Part shown: piece by piece, positions 29,659 to 37,984 of the stretch | Layout: each line of letters opens with the position of its first letter | Numbering within the stretch: the stretch's first letter is position 1 | Assembly: GCA_003251775.1 (NCBI GenBank) | Contig: QKEK01000186.1 | Coordinates: 1-59,326 of the forward strand | Origin: Clostridia bacterium | GTDB taxonomy: Bacteria; Bacillota; Clostridia; DSM-8532; SZUA-474 | Length of the DNA stretch: 59,326 nucleotides | Direction of reading: 5' to 3' | The notes under the pieces: model-generated | The model's database searches: none | What the model saw: the letters and a program-made list of their open reading frames with translations, nothing else | Told to the model about the DNA's origin: nothing | Translations under genes and position numbers: made by a program

Positions 29659-30552
29659 TTATTTAATACATATATCCTCCTTTATTTGGTCAAAGGTTTT
29701 CTCACCAATCTTCTTTACGTTCATTATATCCTCTATACTCTTATAGCTCCCTATAGCTTCTCTGTATTCTATTATAGCTATGGCTGTTTTTTCTCCAACA
29801 CCTGTCAATTTCATAAGCTCCTCCTTGGTAGCTTTATTTATATTAATTTTCTTATCAAATTCTGAAGCACCTGATGAAGATACAATTTCACCACCACCTG
29901 TTTCAGCCGAAAACTCTGTAATTAATTTCATTCCTAAATTTTTACTACTAGATTCGCTTTTATTAATATCAGTATTAGTTTGCATAGTGCTTATAGTTTC
30001 TAGAGTACCTGTATTAGTAGAAAATATTTTTATTGTAGTATTTTCCCATAGTTCAAATACCATGTTTATATTTTCGATATCTGCTTCCTTAGTAAACCCG
30101 CCTGCCAGTTCTATAGCATCAGCTACTATGCTACCCTTTGGTAACTCAAAAATCCTACCTGGATTTACTACACATCCAACTATATATACTTTGATTGTAT
30201 CCTCTTTTCCTTGAGCCGTAGATATATTTAAATTACTAAGGTTTGTGCTACTATTATTTTGTGTTTCTATATCAGTGATATTATCATATGTGCTTTTTTT
30301 ATACTCAGCCTGCTTTTCAACACCTGTACTGTCATTTTCTTCTAGAGATTGCTTATTATCTGCGTTCAGCATTTTGCTAATTGATGTTTCGTTTGATGAG
30401 TCTTCTGAGTCTATTGAGTCTATAATTCGTATTTTATTAGAATAAATATTATATCCTATTATACATAGACTGAGCCCAATTAAACAAAGTAATATAATAA
30501 TAAGCTTCCTTTCTATACATATTTCAAGTCCCATTATCTCAAATTTTATCAT
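29659..30552 (-). CDS. comEA: Competence DNA receptor ComEA (TM, SLBB, helix-hairpin-helix)
   Basis: VYIVGCVVNPG...DAIELAGG (SLBB); KININKATKEELMKLTGVGEKTA...VKKIGEKTF (HhH). ATG 30552 after GGGAG. Confidence 0.9.
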   Translation of the reverse strand: MIKFEIMGLEICIERKLIIILLCLIGLSLCIIGYNIYSNKIRIIDSIDSEDSSNETSISKMLNADNKQSLEENDSTGVEKQAEYKKSTYDNITDIETQNNSSTNLSNLNISTAQGKEDTIKVYIVGCVVNPGRIFELPKGSIVADAIELAGGFTKEADIENINMVFELWENTTIKIFSTNTGTLETISTMQTNTDINKSESSSKNLGMKLITEFSAETGGGEIVSSSGASEFDKKININKATKEELMKLTGVGEKTAIAIIEYREAIGSYKSIEDIMNVKKIGEKTFDQIKEDICIK

Positions 30553-30651
30553 GCTTTTCTCCCATAAAATTAGTTTTTTTTTATATATTAATTCCACCAT
30601 GCATCTTGCACAAATAACGCCTGTAAGCGGTTGCTAAAACATTTTATCTTG

Positions 30652-30716
30652 GCGATTTAACGAACTTAATTAGAATTTCCATCAAATCTTCAAGTTCGTT
30701 AAACGCTTATATATTA
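30652..30716. repeat. Hairpin element with a partial second copy at 20981-21014
   Basis: TTTAACGAACTT...AAGTTCGTTAAA 12-bp IR. 30682-30716 matches the reverse complement of 20981-21014 at 31/35. Confidence 0.65.
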
Positions 30717-30946
30717 ATAGAGTACAAAAAAAACATTCTTTTATCAAATATTTCCTACAAAAATTTTTCAAAATCTGATATACTGATTATTACATGAAAG
30801 TTAACAAGGTTACTTTCTACACAATAAAATTTTATTGTGAGAATGAGAACAACAAGGTTCTTAAGCTGTCCGCTATCTTTGATAGTGTCGACAGATAAAT
30901 GAGGGTTCTTATTTCCTATGCATATAATAGAGAAAGGTGAAGACTA

Positions 30947-32320
30947 ATGAAAAAAATAATACCTATAAAATGTATTTTTTTAGTGGTTGTTATTGCTGTG
31001 TATTGTCTGATAGGAGCATACAGTGAGACAGCGGTAAAGGGAGCTGGCTTATATGACGTTGGATTTCCAGATATTAAGGCTGAAGCATATATACTTATAG
31101 ATTTGAATAGTGGGGCAGTTCTTGCAGAAAAAAATGCTGATAAAAAAATGGCACCTGCTAGTGTAACTAAGATTATGACGGCTGCTGTGGCTCTATCTAA
31201 GGCTAAGCCAGATATGATAATGACGGCAAATGCTTCTGCTATTAATAAAATAGGTTATGATTATGTAAGAGCTGGTATAGTAGAAGGAGAAGAGCTTACA
31301 ATGAATGATTTACTGCATGCTCTACTTATAACATCAGCAAATGAGGCTGCTAATATTATTGCTCAAAACATTGCTCCATCTGGCAAAATAGAGGATTTTG
31401 TTGATATGATGAATTCTTTATCTATAGAAATGGGATGTACATCTACTCATTTTCAAAATACCTTTGGATATGACCACGACGAGCATTATACAACAGCACG
31501 TGATTTAGCTAGAATTACTAGTTATACGAAAAAGAATTTTCCTGTATTTAATGAGATTGTTATCATGGATAGCTATACACTCCCAGAGACAAATAAGCAT
31601 AAGTCAAATGAATGGCTCAAGCTACCTGCTACAAATAAGCTTTTAGGAGTAGACTCCGTACTCTACGATAAAATAACTGGAGTTAAAACAGGGTTGACAA
31701 ATAATGCAGGCCATTGCTTAGTATCTTCTGCCATTGACAATAAAGGTCTGGAGCTTATTGCGGTTGTCTTAAAGACAGATATGCAAAACAATGTTTTTGA
31801 GGAATCTAAGAAGCTGCTTGAATTTGGCTATTCTAACTTTGCTTATCAGATAATAGAGACATCTGAACAATTATTTAATGAATACAATGTGGTAGATGCC
31901 AATGAAGCTCAGAAGATTACTATAATTACCGATGGAGAGCTACACTATCTTCTACCAAAGGATGAAAGTTCTTGGAATATTGATACAAAGGTTTTCTTTG
32001 ACGAAGGTCAGCTCATTGCACCAATTACTAAGAATACTCAGCTTGGAAGGATTGAATATTATGTTTCAGACAAATATATTGGTGAGATTAAGCTTGTTGC
32101 CGCGAATGATGTTGATATCAGCTTCTTTGCTTCAGTTAGAAATAAGGCAATAGCATTTTGGAAGGGTGACCTCCTAAAAAAAATACTAAGAATTACTATT
32201 TATATTATCGTTGGATTTATTCTACTATTAATACTACTAAGAATATTTTTTAGAGGAATAAGACGTAGCAGAAGGAGAAAGAACGGTCGAAAAAACAGAT
32301 ATCGCATTGATAACTTATAA
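30947..32320 (+). CDS. D-alanyl-D-alanine carboxypeptidase (peptidase S11) with C-terminal TM anchor
   Basis: SxxK (ASVTK), SxN (SAN), KTG, HYTTARDLA, PBP5_C-like region, TM plus Arg/Lys tail. Confidence 0.92.
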   Translation: MKKIIPIKCIFLVVVIAVYCLIGAYSETAVKGAGLYDVGFPDIKAEAYILIDLNSGAVLAEKNADKKMAPASVTKIMTAAVALSKAKPDMIMTANASAINKIGYDYVRAGIVEGEELTMNDLLHALLITSANEAANIIAQNIAPSGKIEDFVDMMNSLSIEMGCTSTHFQNTFGYDHDEHYTTARDLARITSYTKKNFPVFNEIVIMDSYTLPETNKHKSNEWLKLPATNKLLGVDSVLYDKITGVKTGLTNNAGHCLVSSAIDNKGLELIAVVLKTDMQNNVFEESKKLLEFGYSNFAYQIIETSEQLFNEYNVVDANEAQKITIITDGELHYLLPKDESSWNIDTKVFFDEGQLIAPITKNTQLGRIEYYVSDKYIGEIKLVAANDVDISFFASVRNKAIAFWKGDLLKKILRITIYIIVGFILLLILLRIFFRGIRRSRRRKNGRKNRYRIDNL

Positions 32321-32387
32321 GTAGTAACTTTAAATAATATACGCCTACTTCTATTAATTTGTAAATACTCAGCCATTGTTCTTAAAA

Positions 32388-32599
32388 AAGTTTTTAACTA
32401 CTCAAGTGAATCCTTGTTGCATAAACCAATAAGTCAACAGCTTCTAAATTGCAAATTGCCCCAAAAATCAAGTGATGTTCGTAAACTCCCTTATGGTCAG
32501 ACATACGAACCACACTAAGCTTTTTGGGGTAATTTGCTACAAGAAGCTGTATGACTTATTTAATATGCCTCAAGTCTTCACATGAGTGCTTAAAAGCTT
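32388..32599. repeat. ~210-nt rod-like imperfect palindrome (element A; MITE/REP-like or structured RNA)
   Basis: Nested stems AATAAGTCA/TGACTTATT, ACAGCTTCT/AGAAGCTGT, GCAAATTGCCCCAAAAA/TTTTTGGGGTAATTTGC, GTTCGTA/TACGAAC around a 20-nt loop. Second copy at 1067-1140. Confidence 0.85.
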
Positions 32600-32632
32600 A
32601 TCTTACGATGTATTATTTACCCTATTTGTATT

Positions 32633-32785
32633 TTACTTATAAACAATGCTTATCTTAATTATACTAGCTATTTCCAGTATGTTTATTGTCTTACCATTAT
32701 ACTTAACACTACAATTTTTCTTTGCTCTAATAATAAGATGCATACAAACTTTTTTCGTTGTTAAATATTTATGATAAAATTCGTA
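32633..32785 (-). pseudogene. Possible degenerate DDE (IS4-like) transposase fragment
   Basis: Stop-bounded frame YEFYHKYLTTKKVCMHLIIRAKKNCSVKYNGKTINILEIAS resembles, from memory, the F(V/I)IRAKKNRxVxYxGKxxNIL segment after the second catalytic Asp of Firmicute transposases. Not verified by search. Confidence 0.35.
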
Positions 32786-32939
32786 TTATATAAGATGCGG
32801 TTTAACAATTCTACAATGGTTTTATTTGTTAAGTAGCATAAGAATGTTAAAGCCAAAATCAAACATATACACCCAATCTATAATTAAGAGATTTCTATTG
32901 GGTGTAATTAATCTGACATATTTTTGAGTTGCTTACTAA

Positions 32940-33158
32940 TTAGCAATTGGTGTTTCAATATAGGCTAGAGCATTTGAGCAAGTTTAGAAATACTTAGCGT
33001 CTGAAAATTCGTAGTAGCGTACAAAAATCAAGACGATTTTTGCCCACTGCTGAGCCACGGATGGCGAATCAGTGGGATAGCTGCGTAGAATTTTAAGATG
33101 ATTAGTATTTCTTAACGAAGTGAATTGCTCTAGCATTTATTGAAATACTAATTGCTAA
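32940..33158. repeat. ~220-nt branched rod-like palindrome (element B) with GGA hairpin loop
   Basis: TTAGCAATTGGTGTTTCAATA/TATTGAAATACTAATTGCTAA, GCTAGAGCA/TGCTCTAGC, AGAAATACT/AGTATTTCT; terminal hairpins CAAAAATC-AAGAC-GATTTTTG and CCCACTG...GCC-ACGGAT-GGC...CAGTGGG. Confidence 0.85.
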
Positions 33159-33168
33159 ACCATATTAC

Positions 33169-33206
33169 AAAAACGTGTTGTTAAGTTGTGGTTTATGCAA
33201 CAATGT
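33169..33206 (-). terminator. Probable rnj terminator
   Basis: Minus strand ACATTGTTGCATAAACCACAACTTAACAACACGT imperfect stem then TTTT, ~12 nt after the rnj stop. Confidence 0.45.
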
Positions 33207-33217
33207 GGAAACCCAAA

Positions 33218-35164
33218 CTACATATCCTTAATCTCTGCTACTACTGAGAGTATCATTGGTCGTCTTCCAGTTTTCTCATACAGGAATGAGCCTAATGAAT
33301 CCTTTATTCTGTTCTTAATCATAGATTTATCACAACGCTTCCTTGTTCTACATTGTTCAATTGCAGTTGATGTTACCTCTCTAATCTCTTCCATTAAGCC
33401 CTCGGATTCTTTAACGTATACAAATCCACGTGAATATATCTCAGGAGCAGTAAGAATATCCCCATTTTTATTGCTTGCTAAAACTACTACAATTAAGCCT
33501 TCCTCAGAAAGGATTTTTCTATCCCTAAGAACAATACTACCCACATCTCCTACACCAAGACCATCTACCATAATGCTACCTGCTTGAACATTACCCTTTA
33601 GCATAGCTGTCCTGTGACCTAGCTCAAGAACCCTCCCAGTTTCCATAATAAATATGTTTTCTTTTTTAACTCCCATTTCTTCAGCCAGCTTTGCATGATG
33701 CTTTAGGTGTCTGTACTCCCCATGGACAGGCATAAAATACCTAGGCGATACCAGCTTATGAATAATCTTTAGCTCTTCCCTGCAAGCATGTCCAGATACG
33801 TGTATATCTGCAGTAGCATCATATATAACTTCTGCTCCCTTTTTAAACAGTTCATTTACTACCCTAGAAACAGTCTTCTCATTCCCTGGTATTGGTGTAG
33901 CTGATATAATAACAAGATCTCCATCTGCAATCTCAACCTTTCTATGAGTAGCAGATGCCATTCGTGTCAGAGCTGACATTGGCTCACCTTGACTACCTGT
34001 AGTAAGAATAACCGTTTGCTCTGGTGGTATCTTTTTTAATTGGTCTATATCAACTATTACACCCTCACTATTGCTTATATATCCTAATTCAATAGCAACA
34101 TTTACTACATTAATCATACTTCTGCCACATAAAGCAACCTTTTTACCAAATTTATGTGCAGCATTAATAACCTGCTGTACTCTATGAACATTAGAAGCAA
34201 AAGTAGCAAAAATAATTCTCCTCTTTTCATCCTTAATATAATCCTCAAATGCGTCCCTAAGCGTGCTTTCAGAAAGAGTATAGCCTTGACGTTCTACATT
34301 TGTGCTATCTGCCATTAATAACAAAATCCCCTTTTTACCTAATTGGGCAAATCTCGCTAAATCAAAAGCATCCCCCTCAATTGGGGTATAATCTATCTTA
34401 AAGTCTCCTGTATGAAGCACAGTACCAACTGGAGTATCTATTGCTAAGGCAACAGCATCAGCTATACTATGAGTGGAGCGTATAAATTCAACCTTAAACA
34501 CACCAACATCGATTGTCTGTCCAGCTTTTATTACCTTTAAATCTGCTTCTGTTACAAGCTTATGCTCTATAAGCTTGTTTTGTATTAAGCCAACCGTTAA
34601 TTCTGTAGCATATACAGGTACATTAACCTTTTTTAAAAAATAAGGCAATGCTCCAATATGGTCTTCATGACCATGTGTAACTACTACACCCTTTACCTTG
34701 TCCTTATTTGCTTCCAAATATGAGAAATCTGGTATAACTAAATCTATTCCTAGCATTTCATCCTCTGGGAACGCCAACCCACAATCCACTACAAGAATAT
34801 CCTCACCGTACTCAAATAAAGTCATATTTTTCCCAATTTCCTCTAGTCCTCCTAAAGGAATAACCCTAAGCTTTTTCTTTTGGTTATTATTTGCCTTTTT
34901 TACATTTAATCTACTACCTGCTTTACTGTTTGCAACTAATTTTGGTATGCTTTTATTCTCAAAGCTATCCTTTTCTACGCTTACAGTATCAGTTATTTTA
35001 TTTTCTTCCATTCTATTTACTCTAGTCATCTCCTTATTACCATAATTAATTCTTACCTTTTTATGCTTACTTTTACTATTATAATGCCGTGTTTTTGGTT
35101 CCCCTTTATCTACATTTAAATTTGCATTATTTTCTCTTAAGTTATTTGTAGTGTTTATTTCCAC
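33218..35164 (-). CDS. rnj: Ribonuclease J with ~95-aa N-terminal extension
   Basis: IPLGGLEEIGKNM, THGHEDHIG, HTGDFK, TGSQGEP, HVSGHA, PVHGE. Confidence 0.96.
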   Translation of the reverse strand: MEINTTNNLRENNANLNVDKGEPKTRHYNSKSKHKKVRINYGNKEMTRVNRMEENKITDTVSVEKDSFENKSIPKLVANSKAGSRLNVKKANNNQKKKLRVIPLGGLEEIGKNMTLFEYGEDILVVDCGLAFPEDEMLGIDLVIPDFSYLEANKDKVKGVVVTHGHEDHIGALPYFLKKVNVPVYATELTVGLIQNKLIEHKLVTEADLKVIKAGQTIDVGVFKVEFIRSTHSIADAVALAIDTPVGTVLHTGDFKIDYTPIEGDAFDLARFAQLGKKGILLLMADSTNVERQGYTLSESTLRDAFEDYIKDEKRRIIFATFASNVHRVQQVINAAHKFGKKVALCGRSMINVVNVAIELGYISNSEGVIVDIDQLKKIPPEQTVILTTGSQGEPMSALTRMASATHRKVEIADGDLVIISATPIPGNEKTVSRVVNELFKKGAEVIYDATADIHVSGHACREELKIIHKLVSPRYFMPVHGEYRHLKHHAKLAEEMGVKKENIFIMETGRVLELGHRTAMLKGNVQAGSIMVDGLGVGDVGSIVLRDRKILSEEGLIVVVLASNKNGDILTAPEIYSRGFVYVKESEGLMEEIREVTSTAIEQCRTRKRCDKSMIKNRIKDSLGSFLYEKTGRRPMILSVVAEIKDM

Positions 35165-35234
35165 CTATGAGTCCTCCATTCATTTTTCCATTTATATAAA
35201 CAATTAACATTAAATACCCAGAATAACCTCAATA

Positions 35235-35263
35235 ATTATATCATAGGATATCCAATACTGCAA
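35235..35263 (-). promoter_or_regulatory. sigmaA promoter of rnj
   Basis: TTGCAG-N17-TATAAT with extended -10 TGn. Confidence 0.65.
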
Positions 35264-35275
35264 GCAATGAGAATT

Positions 35276-36472
35276 TTAAGCTTTTTGCGTTGTTGCATAT
35301 TTATCATTTTCTATTACCTCTTTATACGCTTCTGCAACCTTAAGAGTAATAACCTCCCAATTATATATCTCTTTAAGCTTAATGCTTGCATTTTCTGTTA
35401 TTCTTTTTACAAGCTCATTGTTCTTCAATAATCCAAGAACAATACCAGCCAAAGCTTCACTGTTACCAGCATCAAATTTCATTCCATCATGATTATGTAG
35501 AATAATTTCCTTAAGTCCACCTATATCAGAGGCCACCACTGGTATATTCGCCAGCATAGCCTCAAGTACAACAATACCAAAAGGCTCATACAGGCTTGGG
35601 AATACAGCTAAATCAGCACATTTATATAGCTTAAGCAAATCATTATCACTAATATATCCAGTAAAGGTAATTCTATCATACACGTTTAGATTTGTAGCTA
35701 ACCCCTTTAGTCTATCCATTTCAGGACCCTTTCCCGCAATAATAAACTTAACATCAGTATATCCCTCAATTATCTTCGGGATTGCATTAATTAGTATATG
35801 TACCCCTTTCTCATTAACCAGACGACCAACAAAAAAGATTATTCTTTCATTGTCAAATGCATAATTTCTCCTAAATTCATAGTCCCTAACAATATCATTA
35901 AACTTGCTTAAATCTATCCCGTTTGGTATGATTTCTATTTTCTCAACAGGAATATTAAATATCTTAACTATCTCCTTTTTCATATATAGACTATTAGCTA
36001 ATATCTTCTTTGTTTCATAACCCAATCTCCATTCTATACTATTAATGTAGTCCTGCTCCTGAGTATGAATTCCTGCATTCCTTCCATGTTCAGTTGCATG
36101 CAAAGTAGTTATCTGAGGTATATTGTAGGTATTTCTAATAACCTTTCCAGCAAAAGCAACAACCCAGTCATGAAGATGAATAATATCAAAGTCAATACCG
36201 CTATTTAAAAGCTTTATACATCCTTCTAAAAGAGCAAAATTTAGCTGTAATACCCAATCAATAAAGTTATATGTATTTATTCTATAAGGCTCTACTCTAT
36301 GTACATTGACATAGAAATCCTTTTCTTCTTTTTCAGTGCCCTCTTCCCAGCATGTTACTACATGAACCTCATGCCCCTGTTTACCCAGATTTTGAGCCAA
36401 ATCATGCACTACCCTAGCTATTCCACCAACTATTCGTGGAGGATACTCCCATGAAAGCATTAATATTTTCAT
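35276..36472 (-). CDS. GT4-family glycosyltransferase
   Basis: MKILMLSWEYPP...GG, HLHDW, IPNG, VGRLVNEKG, PSLYEPFGIVVLEAM. ATG 36472. Confidence 0.92.
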   Translation of the reverse strand: MKILMLSWEYPPRIVGGIARVVHDLAQNLGKQGHEVHVVTCWEEGTEKEEKDFYVNVHRVEPYRINTYNFIDWVLQLNFALLEGCIKLLNSGIDFDIIHLHDWVVAFAGKVIRNTYNIPQITTLHATEHGRNAGIHTQEQDYINSIEWRLGYETKKILANSLYMKKEIVKIFNIPVEKIEIIPNGIDLSKFNDIVRDYEFRRNYAFDNERIIFFVGRLVNEKGVHILINAIPKIIEGYTDVKFIIAGKGPEMDRLKGLATNLNVYDRITFTGYISDNDLLKLYKCADLAVFPSLYEPFGIVVLEAMLANIPVVASDIGGLKEIILHNHDGMKFDAGNSEALAGIVLGLLKNNELVKRITENASIKLKEIYNWEVITLKVAEAYKEVIENDKYATTQKA

Positions 36473-36652
36473 ATACTCCCTCACCCACATGTAAAAGCTT
36501 TTCGCGTTGTTACATAAATATGCTTTCTGCTTTCTGCTTGTTGTATATACTCATATTATAAGTAAATTTCTTTACTTTATCCTCAATTTAACATACTTAA
36601 TTGAGTAAATTGCTTTATTGTATATTTATATGCTATTCTAAATATCTCTTTA

Positions 36653-37984
36653 CTACAAGCACTTTTTCACTTCATTAATAAGCTCCTCTTTTGTGTTTTT
36701 AATTTCTTCATCCATAACCTTTTCAAGTAGCTGCTTCAAGATAACTCCTATTTGCTTACCTTCACATAAACCAAGCTCTATTAAATCATACCCATTTATA
36801 GCTAGCATACTAATTGAAAAGCACTTATTATTAGCAATAACATCTTCAAAAATTTTTTCTACTCTTCTGAGCTTCTCTAAATTCTCTTCTTTGTATTGTA
36901 GACTCTGGGCTAAAATATCTGCCCTTTTTACCTTTAACAGCCGCCTAAACTGCAATTCTCCGATTTTGTTTAATAGCCTCTTTATACTGTTTGAATTATT
37001 TCCTATTTGAGCATCATGGTATTTAATTAATTCTGTAATATCCATTACTTCCCTTGTTGGATATTTCATTCTTTGTAATATTCTCTCAGTTATTTGAGCA
37101 GATACTTCAGGATGCCCATAAAAATGCCCAACACCATTTTTGTCAATTGAGTAGCAAGACGGCTTCGCAATATCATGAAAAAACATTGTAGCTCTCAAAA
37201 CTATATCGCTATCTATTGAAGCTACTGCCTTTAAGGTATGCTCATAAACAGTATATATATGATGGGGGTTATTTTGCTCAAACCCTATCATTTGCAAAAC
37301 CTCTGGAATAATGTATGCTATAATACTCTTGAATTCCAATAACGTGTTATAAACATTTTCACCAAGCAACATCTTACTAAATTCAACGGTAATACGCTCC
37401 TGTGATACATTTTTCAGCTTCTCTACACCATCAAGCATAGCTATTTTAGTCTTATCCTCAACACTAAAATTTAATACAGATGCAAAGCGAATACCTCTAA
37501 GTATTCTAAGTGCATCCTCATTAAACCGTTCTTTAGGGTTACCTACACAACGGATCAGACGCTTTCTTATATCCTCCTGTCCTCCAAAAGGGTCTATTAG
37601 CTCTGTGTCAGATATAGCACAAGCATTGATAGTAAAATCCCTTCTGGATAAATCCTCAATTATGTTTTGGGTGTAAATAACACTATCTGGTCTGCGACCA
37701 TCAGAATACTCACCGTCAATTCTGAAGGTTGTTATTTCAACAACCTCTTTATCAATAACAACCATAACAGTACCATGCTTTATACCAGAGTCTATTTGTT
37801 GGTAATTTTCAAATACCTTTTTTATACTATCTGGCGTAGCAGAGGTAGTTATATCCCAATCCTTCGGTTCCTTGCAAAGAAAAGTATCACGTACACACCC
37901 ACCTACAACGTATGCCTCAAAGCCCGCCACATGCAGTTTATTTAATACCAATTTTATCTTATCAGGTATAAAATACTTACACAT
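36653..37984 (-). CDS. cca: Class II CCA tRNA nucleotidyltransferase with HD domain
   Basis: VGGCVRD, DWD, EITTFR, RRDFTINA, EDALRILR, HTL...HDIAK. Confidence 0.9.
   Translation of the reverse strand: MCKYFIPDKIKLVLNKLHVAGFEAYVVGGCVRDTFLCKEPKDWDITTSATPDSIKKVFENYQQIDSGIKHGTVMVVIDKEVVEITTFRIDGEYSDGRRPDSVIYTQNIIEDLSRRDFTINACAISDTELIDPFGGQEDIRKRLIRCVGNPKERFNEDALRILRGIRFASVLNFSVEDKTKIAMLDGVEKLKNVSQERITVEFSKMLLGENVYNTLLEFKSIIAYIIPEVLQMIGFEQNNPHHIYTVYEHTLKAVASIDSDIVLRATMFFHDIAKPSCYSIDKNGVGHFYGHPEVSAQITERILQRMKYPTREVMDITELIKYHDAQIGNNSNSIKRLLNKIGELQFRRLLKVKRADILAQSLQYKEENLEKLRRVEKIFEDVIANNKCFSISMLAINGYDLIELGLCEGKQIGVILKQLLEKVMDEEIKNTKEELINEVKKCL

Noticed and set aside
30622-30635. cre-like TGTAAGCGGTTGCT upstream of comEA (and TGTAAGCGTTTTTT near 20851-20864)
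   Set aside because: Degenerate matches to a loose consensus with no supporting context.
30847-30860. GAAC-N6-GTTC as a LexA box
   Set aside because: The Firmicute SOS box is GAAC-N4-GTTC; spacing is wrong.
32646-32774. 42-aa hydrophobic plus-strand ORF (MLILIILAISS...) as a type I toxin
   Set aside because: No SD. The hydrophobicity is what an in-register antisense reading of the K/N/I-rich minus frame produces.
32868-32906. 10-bp IR TACACCCAAT/ATTGGGTGTA
   Set aside because: 19-nt loop, no U tract and no second copy seen; no function can be supported.
32388-33158. Long hairpins as tRNA, SRP RNA, 6S RNA or integron attC sites
   Set aside because: No cloverleaf or SRP loop motif recognised, and no integrase or cassette ORFs. 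Element A has a dispersed deleted copy, unlike a single-copy housekeeping RNA. An Rfam scan is still needed to exclude 6S-like families formally.
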